From IMG/VR virus record IMGVR_UViG_3300011977_000034, positions 1 through 36,233 of that record: DNA of 36,233 bases; one strand, given 5' to 3'. Shown here piece after piece: positions 23,128 through 29,615 of the stretch (positions are counted from its first letter, which is position 1; the number at the start of each line of letters is the position of its first letter). This stretch comes from a virus. The notes under the pieces were generated by a model. The model searched no databases, was not told the origin of the DNA, and was given only the letters and a program-made list of their open reading frames with translations. A program made the translations under genes and the position numbers.

Positions 23128-23373
23128 TTAACATGGTTGAATCTCAACATCTGCATATATTTCAGACAAAGATTTTCCGTCTATAAATGGAAATGTAAAA
23201 ACTTCATTTTCCTCTGTTACATCATATTCATCTGTTCCATATCGAAGATGGTATATATTTTTTTTAAGTTCATCACTATAACAGCAGTCAATATATCCAT
23301 CTTTTTCGCCACATGTAAAAGCCACATAGAACGCATTTTGCAATTCTTTTTGAATTTCCATCACATTTTTCAT
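23128..23373 (-). CDS. Hypothetical 81-aa acidic protein, coupled (ATGA) to the MuF gene; candidate immunity protein
   Basis: This is a tracked ORF in very AT-rich sequence. Its ATG overlaps the MuF stop codon. Confidence 0.65.
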   Translation of the reverse strand: MKNVMEIQKELQNAFYVAFTCGEKDGYIDCCYSDELKKNIYHLRYGTDEYDVTEENEVFTFPFIDGKSLSEIYADVEIQPC

Positions 23374-24803
23374 AGTATATCACCATTTTCTTTTCGTTCT
23401 GTTTCAGTAAGTTCTCTTGCACTTCCTCGATGCAATTCGCCATGCTCACCATAAATATAATCATGTGCATGTTCTCCAAAAAAGCCTCTATCTTCTTCTA
23501 TTGCATTTCCATGTCCATTATTACTTATCTGCAAAAACTGATTTCCGTTTTCATCATAATAATTTCGATTAACGCCGCCTTTTGCATTCACAATTTGCGT
23601 AATAGAATTTGGTTTATCCTGCAAGGTCGTTTTCTCAACAATTTTGACTTCTTCTCCAGAAGCGGTATAAACGACTTCATCAAGAATCTTTCCATTTTCA
23701 TCAAAATGAAGAGCAGAAAGCACTCGTTCGATAACTTCTTTTGCTTTTTTGGAACGTTCTGCACGTTCGTCAGCACTGTATTTCGATTTGTATTTTTTCT
23801 GTTTTGTTTTTATTATACCATCTTTCCGCGTATCTGTCAATAAAATTGCATCTGATTTTCCACTTCCAGAATCGGCATTCAACCGTCCATTTATCGTCGC
23901 CAAATCCTCCACCACCGGCATAACGGTACATCTGCACCAAGGGTGCATCGGTGGAAAATTCAAGCCGGCATTCCGTTTGCTGATTTCAAATGTCTGTCCA
24001 CTCAACGCACGGCAAGTTTCACAGGTGCGGTGGTCTTCTACACAGAGATATTCATAATGCGTATAAGCTGCATTCCGTTCAAATGGTCGAATTTTCGCTT
24101 CATTGGATAAGTACGTATCTTCTGTAAAAACCAGCCGTTCTGCTTGCTTCTGCGATGTATTTTCAAACTTCTGCTGCAAGATTCTTGACATGGTCCTATA
24201 ATCTTCACCACGAATCAGACCGTTTGCAATCTCGTTTTGTAAAGTCTGTGCTAAGGCTTCTCGGTTTGCCCAAATCCGTTCAGAAAAATCTTTGCCATTG
24301 CACCAAGGATTCCCAATCACAACTTGCAACATCTCGCTGTCAATCCGGTAAAAATTCGTCCCGAATCCCAACTGCTCCGCTGCATAGTTTGCATATTTCA
24401 ACGCCTGTTTCTCAAAGTGTTCTCGAAATTTCGCTTGCTCAATCGCTCCGATTTTTAATTGCTGCAATACGATAGAAGTTTGCAATCCTTCCAAGCGGTT
24501 CAGTTTGTAAATGCTCTCCCGAACAGGGAGCAGGTCGGCAAACTCTGGATATTGCTTTGCAAATTCATCCATGTTTTGCAGCAGCAGTTGCTTGTCTGCA
24601 TCCGGTAATTCTAGCAGCAATGTGCGGAATGCAATCACATTTTCTTCGCCATATTTGGCATAGTACGCTGCGATTTCTTTGTCCAGTGCTGCATATTCCT
24701 GTTCATAGTATTTCGACAACTCCGAGAAGAGCTGCTTTTCATCTTTGCTTAAAGATACATCCAATTCTTGCAGCCGCTTGCTCCAGTAGGTGTCACTCTG
24801 CAT
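23370..24803 (-). CDS. Head morphogenesis protein, SPP1 gp7 / MuF family, with a 177-aa C-terminal extension (477 aa)
   Basis: The MuF core ends in CETCRALSGQTF...LNFPPMHPWCRCTVMP. The extension (residues 301-477, 23370-23903) ends in NRNYYDENGNQFLQISNNGHGNAIEEDRGFFGEHAHDYIYGEHGELHRGSARELTETE. Confidence 0.9.
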   Translation of the reverse strand: MQSDTYWSKRLQELDVSLSKDEKQLFSELSKYYEQEYAALDKEIAAYYAKYGEENVIAFRTLLLELPDADKQLLLQNMDEFAKQYPEFADLLPVRESIYKLNRLEGLQTSIVLQQLKIGAIEQAKFREHFEKQALKYANYAAEQLGFGTNFYRIDSEMLQVVIGNPWCNGKDFSERIWANREALAQTLQNEIANGLIRGEDYRTMSRILQQKFENTSQKQAERLVFTEDTYLSNEAKIRPFERNAAYTHYEYLCVEDHRTCETCRALSGQTFEISKRNAGLNFPPMHPWCRCTVMPVVEDLATINGRLNADSGSGKSDAILLTDTRKDGIIKTKQKKYKSKYSADERAERSKKAKEVIERVLSALHFDENGKILDEVVYTASGEEVKIVEKTTLQDKPNSITQIVNAKGGVNRNYYDENGNQFLQISNNGHGNAIEEDRGFFGEHAHDYIYGEHGELHRGSARELTETERKENGDIL

Positions 24804-26124
24804 CGCCTGTCACCCGCTCTGCCTGCAACGTATCCACCGCCTCACCGCCGTTCTCCAAGTCGATTTTCTCCAGTTCTTTCTTTGGGTCATCGACAGCAGA
24901 AATGACAGAAAGCTGCGTCTCTTTGGAAGTCACACCTGCCATTTGAGCGGCGGTCTGTACCTCTTCGAGCAGGTTCTTTGGTGCATTTTGCGTGAATTGA
25001 TAGGTGATACCCAGATACGCATCCGCTGCCATTTTCGTTGCCGGATGGCTTGCAATCAGTTTCCAGCGTTGATTCATGCCGGAAGAAAATTTCCGTGCCT
25101 TGTTTGCTGCCTGATTTTTCATCGGCTGCAACTTGTACGCAAGGGCTGTCCCGGAGCTGCTGCCGAAGCTTTCATCCGAAATATTTGCAACCATAGATTG
25201 CATAAAAATTTGGTCTTCCAAGCGGTCTAACAAGTTCTCCTGCGTTGCATCGGCAGAAGGCTTCTGCAAAAATTCCACTTGAATCCCGTTCAGAATTTCC
25301 GCATCGGTGGGCGGAACATGAATCACACGGTCGTTTCGGATGGTGTGCAGCTCCTGTTCGTTCAGTTTCAAGCCTTTCAACAGCAAATACGCATCTGCAA
25401 AATAATCCACATCATTTGCTTTTTCTGAGATGGCTTTTTCATAGGCAGTGATTGCCGATTCCACTTGTTCAAATGCTCCTTGCCGTTCCTCGTTTTCAAG
25501 GTATTCAATGAGCGGAACGCCTGCGAAATAGTGCGGAATCGCATCCAGATAATGCAAGCCGCCTTTATCTGAAAACGGAATCTCCATGCTGGAAGTGTAG
25601 ACGCTGCCTACGGTTTCTCCATCGGATTTCTGATAATATCGCACACCATAAAGCGGCTTCCGTGCAATCGTATCATCATAAATGATAAAGCATTCTAACG
25701 GCGATGCATAAGTAATGCAAATCTGTGCAGTTTCATCCGTGTAAAGCAACTCAAAGCCACTTCCGTAAATGCTGCAATATTTGGATAATTCTGAATTATT
25801 GTCGTCTTGGTCATTGTAGTGCTGAATCTGTTCCAATTCCTCAGAAACAATTTCATCCGGGTGCATCGTCTTGACTGGAATGCCGATGAAATAGCCGTTC
25901 AGCGTGTCTACAATGTACTTCGCAAAGTTGCAAATAATCCGGTTGTCCGGCTTCCATGTTGGTTTGGGTGGCTCTAATTGAATTGGATGCCGCCCCTCGT
26001 ACAAATCTTTCAGATACCGAAACCGCTGACAGTCGATTTTGTGTTGATTCATCCAATAGGAGAGCCGCTCGGTTGTCAGCTCTGTATCTGCGGAAATTGT
26101 ATAGTAGTCTTGCCTTCGGAACAT
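24793..26124 (-). CDS. Portal protein (SPP1 gp6-like) (443 aa)
   Basis: The position lies between terL and MuF. The N-terminus is ..NQHKIDCQRFRYLKDLYEGRHPI...NRIICNFAKYIVDTLNGYF. AAGGAGG is the RBS. Confidence 0.9.
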   Translation of the reverse strand: MFRRQDYYTISADTELTTERLSYWMNQHKIDCQRFRYLKDLYEGRHPIQLEPPKPTWKPDNRIICNFAKYIVDTLNGYFIGIPVKTMHPDEIVSEELEQIQHYNDQDDNNSELSKYCSIYGSGFELLYTDETAQICITYASPLECFIIYDDTIARKPLYGVRYYQKSDGETVGSVYTSSMEIPFSDKGGLHYLDAIPHYFAGVPLIEYLENEERQGAFEQVESAITAYEKAISEKANDVDYFADAYLLLKGLKLNEQELHTIRNDRVIHVPPTDAEILNGIQVEFLQKPSADATQENLLDRLEDQIFMQSMVANISDESFGSSSGTALAYKLQPMKNQAANKARKFSSGMNQRWKLIASHPATKMAADAYLGITYQFTQNAPKNLLEEVQTAAQMAGVTSKETQLSVISAVDDPKKELEKIDLENGGEAVDTLQAERVTGDAE

Positions 26125-26136
26125 GTTGTCACCTCC

Positions 26137-27342
26137 TTATATCCCGCCAATCACTCTGGAAATGCTTGCTTCTTCGCCCATAATTGTGTTGACAAAATAT
26201 CGCACGTCATCCATAGCATGGTCATTTTCCTTAATTGGTCTGTCTTCGCTGCACGATTCATCCCAGCGATACAAGCCAAACTCTCGAATGCAGTTCTTGC
26301 AATCGGGAGAGAATCGCAATTTTTCCGCCTGCAATGCAGAAGAAACTCGCCGGATGCCATCTACAACCGCATTCTTGCCTTTCCGAACGGTAAAATCTGC
26401 ATTCCGCAGTTCTGCAATGAAGCTCGCTGCGGATGGGTCAACAATGACACATTCAATCTTGTGGCTGCCTGCCAATTGTTGAATCCGTTGCAGATATTGG
26501 GCATTGGTGAGCTGTTTGCGTGTCTCTCTGCCACTGTAGTAGTATTCTGCCGCTCGGTAGGCGGTTGTTCCATCATAACACCAAAGCCCAGCAGAGAAGG
26601 CGTTTAGCGTGCCATAGTCCACGGAAATATACCATTCGCCTTGCGGATTGTCCCGTTGTTCTATGTGTTTTTCTCGGTCAAACTGCGGATAAATCAGCCC
26701 CTCTGCAATTGCCCATTCTCCCAAAATAAACCGGTTGTAAAATACGCCGGTATACTCTTTTTTGACGGATTCTACATACTGTGGGTCAAGCGTTGTATTG
26801 TCTTCTAATAAAAAACGCATGGTCAACATATCCAGTTCAGCCATGCGGTCAATGTATTCTCTTTTCAACCAGTGTTGGGGGCTGTCGGGATTGGTCGTTG
26901 CAATCAGCTTTGCACCAGGCACACGCAAACGGGATAGCAGCATAACAAAGAAATCCTTTGGGAACAGCGTCAATTCATCGCAGTACGCACCTTGCAGGGT
27001 CAGCCCTCGAATTTTGCCTTCGCTGCGTGCATCGTTTGCACCTTCCAGCAGAATCCGCCTGCCGAACAGATAGGCTTCTTTGGCAGAGGTTGAAAAAGAA
27101 AAATTACTTTGCCCAAACATGGCTTCCAGCGGAATCAAACAGTTTCGTTTCAACGTGGTCAACGACTTTCCGCACATCAGATACAGCTGATTTTGCGGCA
27201 TGGTAGCCAGCCAGAACCCCCAGCATACCAATGAAATCCACGTCTTCCCAGAAGAAACAGACCCTTCCAGCAAGTTAATCCGCTGCAACTTCTTTGTTCG
27301 CCACAGTTCCATCAATTGCCGCTGCTTCTTCGTGTAAATCAT
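26137..27342 (-). CDS. terL: Terminase large subunit (PBSX/Terminase_3-6 type)
   Basis: The N-terminus is IYTKKQRQLMELW..RINLLEGSVSSGKT, with a Walker A motif. A nuclease-type C-terminus has HAMDDVRY. An alternative start lies at 27372. Confidence 0.9.
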   Translation of the reverse strand: MIYTKKQRQLMELWRTKKLQRINLLEGSVSSGKTWISLVCWGFWLATMPQNQLYLMCGKSLTTLKRNCLIPLEAMFGQSNFSFSTSAKEAYLFGRRILLEGANDARSEGKIRGLTLQGAYCDELTLFPKDFFVMLLSRLRVPGAKLIATTNPDSPQHWLKREYIDRMAELDMLTMRFLLEDNTTLDPQYVESVKKEYTGVFYNRFILGEWAIAEGLIYPQFDREKHIEQRDNPQGEWYISVDYGTLNAFSAGLWCYDGTTAYRAAEYYYSGRETRKQLTNAQYLQRIQQLAGSHKIECVIVDPSAASFIAELRNADFTVRKGKNAVVDGIRRVSSALQAEKLRFSPDCKNCIREFGLYRWDESCSEDRPIKENDHAMDDVRYFVNTIMGEEASISRVIGGI

Positions 27343-27760
27343 CTTCCACCCCCTGTTCCTGCATTCCTGCAATCAGCTGTTCCGTCATGCCGTTGCTCGG
27401 CTTGTCTTGCTTCGCCGCCTGCCGCTTTTTCAAGGTCAGTTCTTCCCGTTGTACGGTCTTTCCAAGTACGTCCATGACCTTATCAAATGCTTTGGTATCT
27501 CGGTCTTCCGTGACAGCCTGAAACATGGCAACCAGCAGCAGCATTTCATTATCTGCGTCCTCTTCCGGAATGCCAAGTGCTTTCAACAATTCTGTTTGAC
27601 TGGCAGTCGGATGCAGGGAAAGCAGCAGCTTCATTTTGGCTTTCATGTCTTTTTTTCTGCGGCGTGCTTCTCCGGACTTTTTGCCTCCTTTTCTTGCAAT
27701 TTCTCTTTGTTCGTTCTCTGTTCGTTCGTCCATCGGAATCAGGTTTTCTTCATTTGCCAA
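27275..27760 (-). CDS. terS: Terminase small subunit
   Basis: The motif REIARKGGKKSGEARRRKK is typical of small terminases. The start is TTG, behind GGAGGGAGG. An alternative ATG lies at 27733. Confidence 0.8.
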   Translation of the reverse strand: MANEENLIPMDERTENEQREIARKGGKKSGEARRRKKDMKAKMKLLLSLHPTASQTELLKALGIPEEDADNEMLLLVAMFQAVTEDRDTKAFDKVMDVLGKTVQREELTLKKRQAAKQDKPSNGMTEQLIAGMQEQGVEDDLHEEAAAIDGTVANKEVAAD

Positions 27761-27785
27761 CGTCCTCCCTCCGTTTTTCAGGTAT

Positions 27786-27821
27786 AAAAAATCCGGACAG
27801 GAAGTTCTCCCATCCGGATTT
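27786..27821 (-). terminator. Intrinsic terminator between the late promoter and terS
   Basis: In minus-strand RNA, AAAUCCGGA-15 nt-UCCGGAUUU is followed by UUUAUA. The 9-bp stem has a GC core, and the U run totals 6. Confidence 0.7.
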
Positions 27822-27838
27822 CATTTTTCGATATTACC

Positions 27839-27868
27839 ATTATAGCACAGGTTGACATTTCAATTCAA
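27839..27868 (-). promoter_or_regulatory. Candidate late promoter with an extended -10 element (TTGAAT-18-TGcTATAAT)
   Basis: The minus strand has -10 TATAAT at 27839-27844, TG at 27846-27847 and -35 TTGAAT at 27863-27868. Confidence 0.55.
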
Positions 27869-27875
27869 TTCAATT
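27861..27875. repeat. Tandem pentamer (CAATT) x3 overlapping the -35 element and the stop codon of the regulator gene
   Basis: Read directly. Confidence 0.9.
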
Positions 27876-28272
27876 TTAGCAAATTCAACGCTTTTCTGTG
27901 CCAGTTATGAAACGTCCCAACAGAAATATGCATTATTTCTGCGATTTTCTCCCAGCTAAAGCCCATGATGTACCGATACCGCATCAATACCCGTAAATCC
28001 GGTGGCAGTTCGGCGATTCCTTGTTCTACTCGCTGGACATCTTTCATCAGGTTCTCTTTTACTTGTTCATACCGGTTTGACAGTTCTTCCAACCGTTCCA
28101 CGTACGTCTGTACCGCTGCGGTTGCCTCTCCCTTGCTCTTTGGCTCAAGGTTATAACAAACCGCCTTTGTGCTGCGTGCATCCGCTCGAAGTGTTTGCAC
28201 CAGCGTTTCGATTTGATGCAGTTCTTTCCATTTTGCGTTGCATTGTTTCAGGTCTTCTTTTGTCATCCTCAT
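27865..28272 (-). CDS. Late-gene regulator with a sigma-70 region-4-like HTH (RinA/ArpU/DUF1492 type) (135 aa)
   Basis: The C-terminus is LPPDLRVLMRYRYIMGFSWEKIAEIMHISVGTFHNWHRKALNLL. The position is immediately upstream of terS. Confidence 0.8.
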   Translation of the reverse strand: MRMTKEDLKQCNAKWKELHQIETLVQTLRADARSTKAVCYNLEPKSKGEATAAVQTYVERLEELSNRYEQVKENLMKDVQRVEQGIAELPPDLRVLMRYRYIMGFSWEKIAEIMHISVGTFHNWHRKALNLLKLN

Positions 28273-28556
28273 TTCTCCTTTGTTTTCAGCTGGATTTTCA
28301 TGAAGTCAATCTGATAATCCTGCTTGAAATGCTGCATTTGTTCCAGTTCGTCCGGTGCTTTACCAAATATGGGCGGTATTTCAGCAATGGACTGTAGATT
28401 CTCAAATAGTCTGTTCAGCCGTTTCTGTTTCCATCCATAGTGCCATTCCAGCGTCACAAACACCATCGCCATCCCCTGATAAATTGCCATTTTGTGACTA
28501 TACTCAACCTCGTTCTTGTTGTACAGGTTTTTCCGCTGTAAGGCTGGGTTCTTCAT
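28269..28556 (-). CDS. Hypothetical protein (95 aa)
   Basis: This is a tracked ORF with ATGA overlaps on both sides. Confidence 0.65.
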   Translation of the reverse strand: MKNPALQRKNLYNKNEVEYSHKMAIYQGMAMVFVTLEWHYGWKQKRLNRLFENLQSIAEIPPIFGKAPDELEQMQHFKQDYQIDFMKIQLKTKEK

Positions 28557-29050
28557 TTGGATTCCCTCATCTCTTTGTTTAGGATTTCCGCTGCTTTTTC
28601 GGCGTTTTCTTCGGTGTCAAAATATGTTGCACATCGCAGTTCAAACGCATTGGAAGCTCCTATATGCCAGCGGTTTTCTGCATGATTAAAATAAACAAGA
28701 AACTTTTGTCCATAGTTTCCCCAGTCCGGCACATAATCCGGACAGAGCATATCATGCAGCTGCTCAAGCCGTAACAATAACCGCATTTTCTTTGCGACTT
28801 GTTCGGCACGCTCTTTTGTTGGAAAACAGTTACCAATCTCAAAATTGTAGCTGTCTACGTCGTCATTCATATTGTAAAAGCTATGGGAAAGAAAATAATT
28901 ATCAATAAAAAAGTATTCTGCTCTAGCCTCCGGCTTCCACGGCTTCGGTTCTTCCTGCTTCTTCTGCATCTCCGCTTCTTTCTCCAACGCCTCCAGCTTT
29001 TCCAAAAAATCCGCTTTCAGGGCTTCCATTTTCTTTTCGATGTCGTTCAT
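28553..29050 (-). CDS. Hypothetical protein with an N-terminal coiled coil (165 aa)
   Basis: This is a tracked ORF coupled to rusA. Confidence 0.7.
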   Translation of the reverse strand: MNDIEKKMEALKADFLEKLEALEKEAEMQKKQEEPKPWKPEARAEYFFIDNYFLSHSFYNMNDDVDSYNFEIGNCFPTKERAEQVAKKMRLLLRLEQLHDMLCPDYVPDWGNYGQKFLVYFNHAENRWHIGASNAFELRCATYFDTEENAEKAAEILNKEMRESK

Positions 29051-29457
29051 TGTAATTCCTCCTTTTCCGCCTCCGTGATCTGCACGAACACGCCCGGAAC
29101 TTCCGCCCAGTACTTTTCCACCACTGCACTGTAGATTTGCTTGTCATCGCCCCAGTAGTGCAGTCTGGTCATGATGTCGAACAACGCCTTGCACAGGTTG
29201 TCCACATCCGGCTTGTTGGTATAGGGTTCGCCGTCCTGATGTTTGGCTTTGATCGGATAGCACCACTTCACAACAACTCGCACCGCACCGCTATACGGCT
29301 GTTCAGGGATGTGCTTCATCAGGTGTGCTGCAAGCTTGGCTTCCGCCTCGCCGTTGTTTCGCTTGTAGAAGTGATGCACGCCGTGCTTGTCAACGGTGTG
29401 TCCTTGTTGTTGGTGCGTACTGGTTGGCGGTATCATCGGCATAAAAAAAGTCGTCAT
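29047..29457 (-). CDS. rusA: RusA-family Holliday junction resolvase (136 aa)
   Basis: The segment KPDVDNLCKALFDIMTRLHYWGDDKQI is the RusA signature. GGAGGAAACAAT precedes ATG 29457. Confidence 0.85.
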   Translation of the reverse strand: MTTFFMPMIPPTSTHQQQGHTVDKHGVHHFYKRNNGEAEAKLAAHLMKHIPEQPYSGAVRVVVKWCYPIKAKHQDGEPYTNKPDVDNLCKALFDIMTRLHYWGDDKQIYSAVVEKYWAEVPGVFVQITEAEKEELQ

Positions 29458-29515
29458 ATTGTTTCCTCCATTTTTGTTTTTTCGTTTGCGTTTGTCAATG
29501 AAATGCAAAGTGTTA

Positions 29516-29598
29516 CAAGAGTGCCGTGCATTCGCACTCTTGTCACTTTGTCATTGACCTGTCAACAATCAAACAGTATATATATATACACTGTTTGA
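29516..29598. other. Non-coding palindrome cluster, candidate replication origin or regulatory region
   Basis: The elements are hairpin CAAGAGTGC-9 nt-GCACTCTTG (29516-29542), palindrome TTGAC-ct-GTCAA (29554-29565) and TCAAACAGT-(AT-rich 12 nt)-ACTGTTTGA (29569-29598). Confidence 0.4.
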
Positions 29599-29615
29599 CA
29601 GCAGTTTTTGACACC

